The translations under genes were made by a program, and so were the position numbers. A stretch of 32,000 bases of DNA from Akkermansia muciniphila ATCC BAA-835 (GTDB taxonomy: Bacteria; Verrucomicrobiota; Verrucomicrobiia; Verrucomicrobiales; Akkermansiaceae), in NCBI RefSeq assembly GCF_000020225.1, contig NC_010655.1:2580001-2612000 (forward strand). The letters run 5' to 3'. Positions 18,888-28,241 of the stretch are shown here, one piece after another. Each line of letters begins with the position of its first letter. The stretch's first letter is position 1. Under the pieces are notes generated by a model. It was not told the origin of the DNA, made no database searches, and saw only the letters and a list, made by a program, of their open reading frames with translations.

Positions 18888-19433
18888 ATGAAATTGGAGC
18901 CATACACGGAAGAACTGCGGGGCTGCCCCGTGAAGGGAAATGCCTATCCCGTGCTCGTGCTGGGCATCGGAAACCCGCTCATGGGGGACGACGGCGCAGG
19001 CGTGGAGCTGGCCCACCGCCTCCAGGAACGGGACTACGGCCCGCTGGTCCACGTGGAGGAAGGGGGAACGCAGGGCATGACCCTGCTTCCCCTGCTGGAA
19101 GATGCGGACACGCTCATCCTGCTGGACGCCGTCAGGACGGGGGCCCTGCCGGGAACCGTCGTCACGCGCAGCCGGGAAGAACTGCCGCGCCACTTTTCCC
19201 GCGTTATGTCTCCCCACCAGATAGGCATGAAGGAAGTGCTGGGGGCGGCCCAGCTGTGCGGCACCCTGCCGCGCGCCATCACGCTGGTGGGAGTGGAGGC
19301 CCTGCATACGGATTTCTGCCGCCCCATGTCCGCGGAGGTGCAGGAAGCCTTGCCGAAGGCGCTGGACACGGCGGAGGCCCTCATCGCCCGCGCCCTGGCG
19401 GAACATCAGGCCCGGAAAAACGCCCATGCATGA
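18888..19433 (+). CDS. Hydrogenase maturation endopeptidase (HyaD/HybD family)
   Basis: VLVLGIGNPLMGDDGAG, LILLDAV and SPHQIG motifs. Position is immediately after the structural genes. Confidence 0.9.
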   Translation: MKLEPYTEELRGCPVKGNAYPVLVLGIGNPLMGDDGAGVELAHRLQERDYGPLVHVEEGGTQGMTLLPLLEDADTLILLDAVRTGALPGTVVTRSREELPRHFSRVMSPHQIGMKEVLGAAQLCGTLPRAITLVGVEALHTDFCRPMSAEVQEALPKALDTAEALIARALAEHQARKNAHA

Positions 19434-19767
19434 AGTAGGCATCATGGAAGGCGCGCTGGACATGGCCCGGCGACTTATGGAAAAACGCGGAGGAAACAGG
19501 CTGAGGCGCGTGCACATGACCATCGGCAGCCTGAGCGGCGTGGTGCCGGAAGCCCTTCAATCCGCCTTCCTGGCCCTGAAAGACTCGTATGCGGCGCAGG
19601 ATGCAGCCCTGGACGTCGCCTGGGTGGAGGCCGTGTGCCGCTGTGATGCATGCCGGGCGGATTTTTCCTTTACGGAACACGGCTACATCTGCCCCGGCTG
19701 CGGAGAACCGGCCCTGGCCATCCTGCGCGGGCGGGAACTGGAGCTGACCCGTGTGGAGTGGGAATGA
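19426..19767 (+). CDS. hypA: Hydrogenase nickel incorporation protein HypA
   Basis: 113 aa. The MHE N-terminus (nickel site) and CRCDAC...CPGCG zinc site are present. The start overlaps the protease stop (ATGCATGA). Confidence 0.9.
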   Translation: MHEVGIMEGALDMARRLMEKRGGNRLRRVHMTIGSLSGVVPEALQSAFLALKDSYAAQDAALDVAWVEAVCRCDACRADFSFTEHGYICPGCGEPALAILRGRELELTRVEWE

Positions 19768-19891
19768 ACAGTGCCCCTTCCGGGAAAAATAAGGGAAATT
19801 TACGCGAACACTTTCCCCGGACGGATGGTCTAATATCATTGGAGCGCATCCATCGCGCCTCAAACGTCAAACCAACTATGTAACCAGAGCC

Positions 19892-20839
19892 ATGAGCAAT
19901 ATCAACCCATTCATTCTAACAGGGATGATGCCGCTTTCAGCCTCATCCATGAACCGTGTCTCCTACATGTGCCCGGTCACCATCAGCAATGATGTAGTGC
20001 AGGGCCAGACGGACATTCAGGATTCCCTTACCGTTGATTCCGGCGGAAATCTTTACATCATCAACGCTCCTGTTTACGTGGGCGGCCCCAACCAGCCGGA
20101 CCACGGGCACCGCACCGCCCACCTCGTCATCCGGAACGGAGGCGCCATGACGCTCCTGGGCAATCTGCCGGACCATATGACCGTTTTCCTGGGGGACAAA
20201 GCCAACGGCAGCCTGGAAATCAACGGCGGCCGCCTTCTGATGGGCCAGGGGCGCATTCAGGGCGCCAGGGAGCATGAAGGCAGAATCGCCATGACGGACG
20301 GCTGGCTCTTCGCCTCGGAAGTGGATCTGCCGGCGGAGGGCTCGGAACTCGTGATCAGGCACGGCCTGATGCGTATCAGAAAACTCTCCGGCAATGCATC
20401 CACCCGCATTTACGGAGGCGTTCTGCACGTAAAGGAGGAAGCCCGCGCCAGCCGCATCCATCTGATAGACGACGGCGTGCTGCTGCTGGGCAGCGTCACC
20501 AGCCAGCCTTCCGCGGACGTCATGGCCGGAGCGGGCATCAACTTCCGCGGGGACGGCGGAGCGCTGGTAATCCGCATCCCCCACCCGGAAAACGCTCTGA
20601 CGCGCACGCGGGAAGCGGAACATGTCTTTGACGAACTGCTCCGGAGGGGCAAGCTCTTTCATGACAGTGAACCCATGACCAGCTTCCAGGGGTTCCATAT
20701 GAGGGAGTTCACGGGGCATGACGGACTGGCGTACGCCGCGCTGCGCCCCTCCGCCCAGCTGAACGCGGAACAGAATCAGGTTACCCGCCTGCTCCATACG
20801 TTCATGTACGGCGGCAGTGAAAAGGACATGCCCATCTGA
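19892..20839 (+). CDS. Hypothetical protein with beta-helix-like internal repeats, no signal peptide
   Basis: 315 aa. Recurrent segments of the type GGxLxI / GGxLLM / DGxLLL at ~25-30 aa spacing. No family recognised. Confidence 0.55.
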   Translation: MSNINPFILTGMMPLSASSMNRVSYMCPVTISNDVVQGQTDIQDSLTVDSGGNLYIINAPVYVGGPNQPDHGHRTAHLVIRNGGAMTLLGNLPDHMTVFLGDKANGSLEINGGRLLMGQGRIQGAREHEGRIAMTDGWLFASEVDLPAEGSELVIRHGLMRIRKLSGNASTRIYGGVLHVKEEARASRIHLIDDGVLLLGSVTSQPSADVMAGAGINFRGDGGALVIRIPHPENALTRTREAEHVFDELLRRGKLFHDSEPMTSFQGFHMREFTGHDGLAYAALRPSAQLNAEQNQVTRLLHTFMYGGSEKDMPI

Positions 20840-20868
20840 ACCCCTCCGGCAAATGGAAAGCCCTCATC

Positions 20869-20903
20869 AAAAAACCGCCGGCATTCCGTACCGGCGGTTT
20901 TTT
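20869..20903. terminator. Bidirectional Rho-independent terminator between convergent genes
   Basis: A6 - ccgccgg - 9-nt loop - ccggcgg - T6, so each strand sees the hairpin followed by a U-run. Confidence 0.8.
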
Positions 20904-20935
20904 CATCTGTTGATCTGCTGAAAAACGGAAAAACG

Positions 20936-21337
20936 TTATTTCAGGAATTTAATCGTGAAGGGAGCCACATAATCGTAATTCCCGTTCGCCGCCTTGACGG
21001 CAGCGATAATGGAGAAAACGATCCAGGCGATAACCACCACAGGGGCGAGCACGAACCCGATCAGGATCAAACATGAAAGACAGGCCGCAACCGTATAAAT
21101 CGCCCAGGAAATCTGGGCATTCAGAATATTCTTTCCTACTTTGTCCACCAGAGGGTTGGCATCCTTCCAGACCAGCCAGCAGATCAGGGGCGGAATAATG
21201 TTCACGCCGGCGGAGCCTCCGAAAAAGACGGCCACCAGCGGAGAAACCGCCGTCAGGATAGCCTGCGTTTTATCCGATTGTTTCTCAGGGGCGGGCTCCT
21301 GAACCGGTTCCTGGATGATTTGTTGTTCTTCGTCCAT
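20936..21337 (-). CDS. DUF4870-family small membrane protein
   Basis: 133 aa with three predicted TM helices. The NILNAQISWAIY block and the C-terminal YDYVAPFTIKFLK resemble DUF4870 proteins. Confidence 0.65.
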   Translation of the reverse strand: MDEEQQIIQEPVQEPAPEKQSDKTQAILTAVSPLVAVFFGGSAGVNIIPPLICWLVWKDANPLVDKVGKNILNAQISWAIYTVAACLSCLILIGFVLAPVVVIAWIVFSIIAAVKAANGNYDYVAPFTIKFLK

Positions 21338-21524
21338 AAAAATAAAGAGATGGAAAGCGGATGAAGGAGAACGGAAACCTTTTCCGTTTCATTCCGCCTT
21401 GATGAGACCTTTTTTACATATTCCTCCCCGTAGTCAAGCTTCCAGACCGTCCGTCCCCTGAATAAAAAACGTTCTCCAGCAATCATCCTTGCCACCAAGC
21501 AGGCCGGAAGCCATACTGCCGGGC

Positions 21525-22256
21525 ATGACCAATGCCCTGACGCTGCTCGTCTTCTCCGCCTGTCTGGGAGCCTGCGCCCCGGGAATACCGGAAATCCCGC
21601 CTCCCGCTTCTTCCGTCACCCGCCGTGAAGCCCTGGCAGCCAGCCGGGCCTATACCTCCATGATTTGGCGGGGCTCTCTCCGGAATGTCCGCCACGGGAC
21701 GGACGGGGACGGCATCCGGACAGACACGCCGGACGCCTCCGCAGCCGGATATGATGCCGGAGCATGGTGGAAACCGGGCATGCGTTCCATCGGCATGCCG
21801 TACAAATGGGGCGGCTTCGACACCCCGCGACAGTTCTCCGAACGCCTGAAGGCGGATGCCGCCAACGGAGGGCTTCCCGCTGCGGCCGGCGACATGGGCA
21901 CCCCGGAAAAGCAGGCCGCGGGAGACGCCGCCGTCAGCCGCTTTGCCGCCGGAGTGGACTGCTCCGGCTTCGTCTCCCGCTGCTGGCGGCTGGACAGGCC
22001 CTTTTCCACACGGGAACTCCCCGCCCTCTGCACGCGGCTTCCCTCCTGGGAAGACCTCCGGACGGGAGACATCCTGATTGTGCCGGGGCGCCATGTGCTC
22101 CTGTTCATTCAGTGGGAGGGAACGGAAAAGAGCAGGTTCCTGGGCAGTGAAGCCGGCCCCCTGCCGGCCTGGAAATGTTCGGAGCATGTGTTCAGCCGCT
22201 CCATGCTGGAAAACAGCGGTTACCGCCCCATGAGATACAGGGGCATGCGGGACTAA
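21525..22256 (+). CDS. NlpC/P60-like cysteine peptidase lipoprotein
   Basis: Lipobox in MTNALTLLVFSACLGAC. PYKWGG, catalytic-Cys context VDCSGFVSRCW and downstream GDILIVPGRHVLLF (His) are present. There is a long insertion between the WGG and DCSG motifs. The ATG at 21525 is preferred over the TTG at 21489. Confidence 0.6.
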   Translation: MTNALTLLVFSACLGACAPGIPEIPPPASSVTRREALAASRAYTSMIWRGSLRNVRHGTDGDGIRTDTPDASAAGYDAGAWWKPGMRSIGMPYKWGGFDTPRQFSERLKADAANGGLPAAAGDMGTPEKQAAGDAAVSRFAAGVDCSGFVSRCWRLDRPFSTRELPALCTRLPSWEDLRTGDILIVPGRHVLLFIQWEGTEKSRFLGSEAGPLPAWKCSEHVFSRSMLENSGYRPMRYRGMRD

Positions 22257-22356
22257 AAACAGGTTCCGGAACATCCGTGCCCCTCTTTCTTTCCCGGAAC
22301 AGGAATAAGGGGGAAGACATCGGGAAACATTCCGGAAGTTTTCCTCTCCCCCCTTC

Positions 22357-22398
22357 CATAAAAAGAAACCCGGCATCCCATGCGGCAGGGATGCCGGG
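22357..22398 (-). terminator. Rho-independent terminator downstream of the GH20 gene
   Basis: Perfect 11-bp stem cccggcatccc / gggatgccggg (22369-22379 and 22388-22398) with an 8-nt loop. On the minus strand it is followed by tttcttttta. Confidence 0.75.
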
Positions 22399-22445
22399 CT
22401 GCAGGCCGCCCCGTCAAAGGCGGCGGCCTGGCCAAATGCCGGGAA

Positions 22446-24716
22446 TTACAACGGCTGTACGTTCATATGGAACACCTTCCCCTGGAAGGAGGAGCCAAGT
22501 TCCTTCAGAGGCAGAATGAACGTGGAACGGTGAACTTTGGGACGATGCTTGAATTTGTCCGAAAAATCCTTGGACTTGTCGGAAAAATTCTTCAGCACGG
22601 CAGTTCCGGCAGGTTCCCCGTCAAGCAACAGGCTGGTTTTCTCCGGTTCTCCCACAATTTCCACCTTGACCTTCTTGCCTACGGGAAGCTTGGCGCCGAA
22701 GGAAAATTCCAGAGAATCGTCACGGCGGAATCCGACGGTGCCGTCCTTCATGACCGCAAGCAATTCGCCCTCAGGCGCAGCAAGCAGCACCTGCTCCTTC
22801 CCTTCCGGAGCGGCAGTCAATTCCAGTTCCATGGTCAGGCGGTAATTCGGCCCCAGGGCAGGTTTGTCCAGCTTCTGGGGGAGGGAGGAAGGCTTCACCG
22901 TCAAGGGCTGGCTGTCTTTCCATTTGTGCAGGGGATTGGTGCGCGGAGCGTTGCCGATGGAGGAAACCAGCTCGCGATGCTGTTCAAACGTATCCGGAGC
23001 TTTGGCGGTTCCCCACAGTTTCTGGCTGAGCACGTCCATGGAACCGGAAATGATCCCCCAAATGTCATAAGGCGCGTACCCCGTATGCATAATGTCCGTT
23101 TCATCATTCCAGACGGCGAAGGTGCCTCCGAGGAGCTGGGGATGCCCGGAAGGCAGCGTTTCATTGCCGATGCGGTTGGGAATCCAGTTATTGTACAGCC
23201 CCTTATGGTTTCTGTCCATCCGGTAGTAGCCGGCAAAGGGAACGATATAAAGGGCTCCATCGTTCGTATTGATCACATCATAGCCCTGGTTGACGGCTTC
23301 CCATGCTTTCATCCAGCCGGTGCTCCAAAGGTTCATCTGGACCCCTTTGCTGACCACCGGGGTCTTGCCCGGCTTGGCGCTGAGGCTTCCCCAGATGCGG
23401 GGCGTATAACCGCGCTTGAGGGCATGGGTGAGCACGGCGTTTGCAAAGTGGCGGTAATCTTCCTTGTCCCCATAAAATTCATCCGCCCCCACATGCACCA
23501 CGCCGCAGTCCGCGAACACGGGACGACCCAGTTTGGGATCCTTCAGCATGTATTCGTCAAAAACCTTGCTCACCAGGTCGATCGTTTCCGGGTTGGCGGC
23601 GTCCAGCATCTCGCAGCGGCGCTTCTCATGATTCATGGGCCCTTTATAAATGAGATCAGGCCGCAGGCGCGTAAAGGAAAGGGCATGCCCCGGCGTGTCG
23701 AACTCCGGAACAATATTGACGCCGTACTTTCTGGCATAGCTGACCAGGTCGGCAAATTCCTTCTTGGTATAAAAAAGATCCCTGGCTGTCAGGGGCGTTC
23801 CGTCCTTTCCCTTCATTTTGGATTCCAGGCGGAAAGCCGCATAGCTTTCCTTGAACGGATCATGGCCGTTGTCCACATAGTGTTCGTGGAAAATATAGTT
23901 GTTGTTGATGACCAGGTGCAGGTCATTCATCTTGTACCAGGCCATGGTGCGGATCACGTCCTTCAGGTAACTGAGGGGGTAAGGCGTGCGCGCGACATCA
24001 AGCATGAACCCGCGGAGCTGGTAGCGCGGAAAATCCACGGCCGTGCCGCAGGGCACGCTGCCGGGCGTCTGGCGGAGCATCTGCAGCAGGGTGCGCGTGC
24101 CCCAGAACAGGCCGGTGGGAGCCGCCGCGCCAAGGCGGACGCCGTCCCTGGCAATCTGGAGCCGGTATCCTTCCCTGCCCAGATTGCCGCCCTTCAACAG
24201 GGAAAGGGAAATATCCGCCTTCGCCCCGGGGGCGACAAGCTTGACCTTCTTCCCCAGCACGTCTTCCATATCCGCCGCAAACAATTTGCCCAGCTCCTTG
24301 TCCGGGCATGCTATGGTGACCGTATTCCCCAGCTTATATTCTCCCTGTCCCCCCTTCCATTGCAGGATTTCCGGGATAATCCGCGGCTTGGGGTTGCCCT
24401 GGGCGGCCTGAGGAGCCTGCAGCATGATTTCATAATCTTTGCTGACGGCTTCCTTGCCGTCCTTGGTCACCTTGAAGCTGACGTTGACGGGGGTATCTGA
24501 AATAACAGGGGCTATCTTGCCTTTGCTGTTGACGAGCTGCTCATAGTCGGCCCCCAGCAATTTAATCTGGGCTCCGGAAACGCTCGGCATGGGCAGTTGC
24601 TTCGCTCCGGCTTTCACCGGAGGGATGGAAAGGGAATCCGCAATCTGCTTGGCGTCCTGCCCCATCACGGGAGACGCGGCAAGAACGGCGATCATCAGGA
24701 ATAGGTTTTTCTTCAT
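22446..24716 (-). CDS. Secreted beta-N-acetylhexosaminidase, glycoside hydrolase family 20
   Basis: 756 aa. Signal peptide [20 protein letters not shown], the GH20 catalytic motif HVGADEF, and [12 protein letters not shown] preceding it. Confidence 0.9.
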
Positions 24717-25030
24717 GTTTTAGTCTTGTTTAGGAAAAGGAAATGTCTGATTTGCTCCAAAAACTACGCGCCCGCCGCCCCTTTCTTGCAGAGAAAGGGA
24801 GAAAAGCGGAAGAATTCTCCCTCTCTCAACCGGGCGGGACGGACATTCCGCCCAAACGGATTGCCGCGCGCCGGGCTTCATGAAGGAAAACCGCCGGCCA
24901 AGAGAGGCTTTCCCTCCTGTTCCAATAAATTATTATCCCAAAGAACCCGTTGTTGGCGAGATAAAAAACGTGGAGCCCCGGGCTGCAGGGAAAAAAGATG
25001 CCGCACGACGGCAAAACGCCCCCCCACGGC

Positions 25031-25074
25031 AAAAAACGGGAACCGGCCGTCCCTATTAGGGCGGCCCGTTCCGG
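25031..25074 (-). terminator. Rho-independent terminator downstream of the nitroreductase gene
   Basis: Imperfect GC-rich hairpin (about 13 paired positions, loop tatta at 25054-25058). It is followed by T6 on the minus strand (A6 at 25031-25036). Confidence 0.6.
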
Positions 25075-25087
25075 ACAAAAAATAAAA

Positions 25088-25735
25088 TCAGGCGCGGATA
25101 TCAATCACCTCTCCGGCGGGAAAGCGCACCTTGGCCTCGCGGGCATAAGCGTCATCCTTGGCGCGGTAGCCCAGAGCCACCCCCACCACAGAGCGGTACG
25201 GCGTACCGTCCAGGCCCAGGATTTCATCATACTTGGCGCGGTCCATGCCGCCGATCGTGCAGGAATCCACCCGCAGGGCGGCGGCGGCGCTGAGCAGGAA
25301 CCCCACGGCAATGTACACCTGGCAATCCAGCCAGGCATGCATCTTTTCCGGAGCCAGAGCCTCCACGTAGCTGGTATAAAAATCGGCGGAGGAAGCCAGT
25401 TTTTCAGCGGAGGGGCGGCGCGTGAATTCAATCTGGGCCAGGTAACGGTCCACATCCCGCCTGGTGGCGTCGCGCCGGGAGCACAGCACCACGTAATGGG
25501 AACAGTCCTCCACCTGGGACTGGTTCCAGGAAACCTCCCGCAGGCGAGCCTTCAGTTCCCTGTTGGTCACGACGACAAACTTCCAGAGCTGAAGCCCCAG
25601 GGAGGAGGGACTGAGACGCAGGCTTTCCGCCAGCGCATGCCAGGTGGGCTGTTCAAGACGGGCTTCAGGATCAAATTTTTTGCAGGCGTAACGCCATTCC
25701 AGACCGTCAATATACTGTTCCGGGGAGATCATCAT
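25088..25735 (-). CDS. NAD(P)H nitroreductase family protein
   Basis: 215 aa. RYACKKFDP, PSSLGLQLWKFVVV and CTIGGMD blocks are typical of the nitroreductase fold. Confidence 0.8.
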   Translation of the reverse strand: MMISPEQYIDGLEWRYACKKFDPEARLEQPTWHALAESLRLSPSSLGLQLWKFVVVTNRELKARLREVSWNQSQVEDCSHYVVLCSRRDATRRDVDRYLAQIEFTRRPSAEKLASSADFYTSYVEALAPEKMHAWLDCQVYIAVGFLLSAAAALRVDSCTIGGMDRAKYDEILGLDGTPYRSVVGVALGYRAKDDAYAREAKVRFPAGEVIDIRA

Positions 25736-25767
25736 GCAGGGTGAGACACGAAAAACGGAAAAACTGT

Positions 25768-26859
25768 TTAAAGAACCTCTTTCAATACCTCAATGCAGCG
25801 GGCGTTCTCCGCAGGAGTGCCTATGCTGATGCGTATCCATTCCGGCAGGCCGTAACCGTCCTGCGCGCGGACGATGACTCCCCTGGCAAGCATATCCTGG
25901 AACACCTGCTTGCCCCGGCCCACTTTCACCAGGATAAAGTTGCCCTGGCTGGGAATCCATTCCAGGCCCATTTCCCGGAAAGCCTGCTCATAAAAACGCA
26001 TGCCTTCCTTATTATTCTCCACAGTGCGGCGCACATGCTCCCGGTCCTCCAGGGCGGCCAGGGCGGCCTCCTGGGCCAGAACATGCAGGTTGAACGGAGC
26101 ACGCGCCTTGTGCAGCATGCTGCAAACCGGTTCCGGCGCAATGCCGTAGCCCACGCGCAGCCCCGCCAGGCCGTAAGCCTTGGAGAAGGTGCGCAGAACA
26201 ACCACGTTGCGGCCTTCTCGCACAAATTTGAGGGTATCCGGAGGATTGTCGGAAAACTCCCGGTACGCCTCGTCAAAGACCACCAGCACATGTTCCGGGA
26301 CCTTCGCCATGAAATCGTCTATTTCCTGCTGTCCCACTACGGTGCCTACGGGATTGGTGGGATTCGTAATGAACACGACGCGCGTATTCTCCGTAATAGC
26401 GGCCAGGAAGCCGTCCAGGTCATGCGTCCAGTCCTCCTTGTTGGGCACTTCCACGTACGCGGCGCCAAACAGCTTGGACATGATAGGGTACATGGAAAAG
26501 GCGTGTTTGGCGGCCACCACCTCCGCACGGGGATTCAGCAGGGCATGGCAGATCAGTTCAATCACTTCGCTGCTGCCCGTGCCCACTACCGTCTGGCCGA
26601 ACTCCACGCCGCAGAACTCCGCAATAGCGGAACGCAGGCGGAAAGCCGCTCCGTCCGGATAAATGTTCACGCCGGCAGCCGCACGGGCAATCGCCTCCAC
26701 CGCCTTCGGGGACGGCCCCAGAGGATTTTCATTAGACGCCAGTTTCACAATATCATGGGGATTCAGGCCCAGTTCCCGGGCCGTCTCCTCAATCGGCTTG
26801 CCCGGCTGATAAGCCACCAACTCCAGCACATGCTGATTTGCGAAACTCTCAATACTCAT
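25768..26859 (-). CDS. hisC: Histidinol-phosphate aminotransferase
   Basis: 363 aa. LASNENPLGPSP, the PLP-lysine context TFSKAYGLAGLRVGY, and the C-terminal IRISIGT. Confidence 0.9.
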   Translation of the reverse strand: MSIESFANQHVLELVAYQPGKPIEETARELGLNPHDIVKLASNENPLGPSPKAVEAIARAAAGVNIYPDGAAFRLRSAIAEFCGVEFGQTVVGTGSSEVIELICHALLNPRAEVVAAKHAFSMYPIMSKLFGAAYVEVPNKEDWTHDLDGFLAAITENTRVVFITNPTNPVGTVVGQQEIDDFMAKVPEHVLVVFDEAYREFSDNPPDTLKFVREGRNVVVLRTFSKAYGLAGLRVGYGIAPEPVCSMLHKARAPFNLHVLAQEAALAALEDREHVRRTVENNKEGMRFYEQAFREMGLEWIPSQGNFILVKVGRGKQVFQDMLARGVIVRAQDGYGLPEWIRISIGTPAENARCIEVLKEVL

Positions 26860-27193
26860 AGCGGCGGAATGTTACCGCCATTCCCCGTTTCTGGCAATAC
26901 GGATTTCCATCCGGCCGGCCCCTGGGAAGATGACAGCCGTTTAGAGAATCTGCGCTGGCGGAAAAGTGGAAACCTTTTCCGGAATTTTTCCATTCTTCCT
27001 GCAACGCCCTTCTACCGGAGAAAGGCAGCCGTCCACTTTCTCCGGCAGATTTCCGCCTGCTTTTCATGACGGACCGCCCAAATATGAAGGAGCACAGCCC
27101 CGGAATTCTTCAATGCCCCATAAGGTCAAAAACATTTCCCTTAAAAAGCGGGACGGCATTCCGTGACGGACGGTAAACTGGCCCCCTGCCCTC

Positions 27194-27331
27194 CTATTTT
27201 TTACGGCTGCGGCCCCTGCGCGGGCGGCTGCACAGGGTCTGGTACCCGGCCACGACAAAGGCGAACGCAGTCACCGCCAGAAAGGAACGGAACAGCCAGG
27301 CCAGAAGTTCCCAGTAAATCTCCTGAGTCAT
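27194..27331 (-). CDS. 45-aa single-pass membrane peptide (not in ORF track)
   Basis: Hand translation gives MTQEIYWELLAWLFRSFLAVTAFAFVVAGYQTLCSRPRRGRSRKK, then TAG. Its ATG overlaps the TGA of the upstream 70-aa ORF (ATGA), suggesting translational coupling. Confidence 0.45.
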   Translation of the reverse strand: MTQEIYWELLAWLFRSFLAVTAFAFVVAGYQTLCSRPRRGRSRKK

Positions 27332-27540
27332 GCGGAAGGTTTTTTACCGGAATCGGGAACGTTCCCCAAATCTTCCCGGAGGCGTTTGACGGCACAGGCA
27401 ATCAGGGTGGCTTTATCCAGCTGGCAGCGTTCCATGTTCAGCGCGTCCGCTTCCGCATCCCGGAAAAAATGGACCGATAACGGCATTTTCCCCTTGATTT
27501 GAATTTTTTTCTGACTCTTTTTTTTATTTTCCGTCTTCAT
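27328..27540 (-). CDS. Small ribbon-helix-helix-like protein
   Basis: 70 aa. The Lys-rich N-terminus is followed by MPLSVHFFRDAEADALNMERCQLDKATLIACAVKRLREDL, which fits a strand-helix-helix (CopG/Arc-like) pattern. An alternative start is the ATG at 27486. Confidence 0.5.
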   Translation of the reverse strand: MKTENKKKSQKKIQIKGKMPLSVHFFRDAEADALNMERCQLDKATLIACAVKRLREDLGNVPDSGKKPSA

Positions 27541-27695
27541 AAAAATCCTTTTTTTGGTGCAATAACGGCCTTAACAGCCCTTTTGCGCCCCTACAATGCA
27601 CCTGAAACGGTATTTCAGTCAACAAAAATATACCATTAAAATGACTTTATACAAAAAAGGTTGAAAAATAGCACCATTTTCGTTACAAAGGGTGC

Positions 27696-28184
27696 ATGAG
27701 TGAGAATCAGGACGAACTCAAAGTGCAGATCAAGGCTTGGCTGAAACAGCAGAACATTTCCCGCAATGATTTTGCGGCGGAATGCTTCGTGTCTCCCAAC
27801 ACGGTCCGCAACTGGCTTGCCAAGGTGGCCATCCCCAAAGACAAGGAAGCTCTCATCCGGCTCATGATGGAAAAAACGGAAAGGGAGAAAAAACTGAAAG
27901 AGGCGGCAAGAGCCAATTGGAAGCCCTTTGTCGTCATGCTGAGTTCCGAGGATTACAAACTCATCGAAGAAGCCGCCAGAAGGGACAACATGACGGTGGA
28001 GGAATGGGCGGAAGCCACCCTGATCAAGGATGCCCAGAAGAGGATGAAAAATTATTACGACGACAGCAGCCTTCCGGAAGATGTATCCCTGGCGGCGGAA
28101 GTACCGGAGGAATACGGAGCTCCCAGACGTTCCGGCCCTTCATCATCTCCGCCCTCTTCTGCCCGCCGCAAGCCGCGGCAATAA
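27696..28184 (+). CDS. Putative DNA-binding protein, N-terminal HTH plus RHH-like second domain
   Basis: 162 aa. LKAWLKQQNISRNDFAAECFVSPNTVRNWL looks like an XRE-type HTH. KPFVVMLSSEDYKLIEEAARRDNMTVEEWAEATLIKDA looks RHH-like. The tail is Ser/Pro/Arg-rich. Confidence 0.55.
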   Translation: MSENQDELKVQIKAWLKQQNISRNDFAAECFVSPNTVRNWLAKVAIPKDKEALIRLMMEKTEREKKLKEAARANWKPFVVMLSSEDYKLIEEAARRDNMTVEEWAEATLIKDAQKRMKNYYDDSSLPEDVSLAAEVPEEYGAPRRSGPSSSPPSSARRKPRQ

Positions 28185-28241
28185 ATCCTGGAGGGCATGG
28201 CATCCCGCTGATGTCCCGCCTGCCTGCCGGCTTCCGCCAGC

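Noticed and set aside
17619-19523. 634-aa minus-strand ORF across the cytochrome b and protease genes
   Set aside because: Shadow ORF. The plus strand carries clear HyaC, HyaD and HypA signatures, while the antisense product is low-complexity (G/A/R/H/Q).
22380-24500. 706-aa plus-strand ORF opposite the GH20 gene
   Set aside because: Shadow ORF. The minus strand has a signal peptide and the GH20 HVGADEF catalytic motif.
25741-27069. 442-aa plus-strand ORF opposite hisC
   Set aside because: Shadow ORF opposite a gene with canonical HisC motifs.
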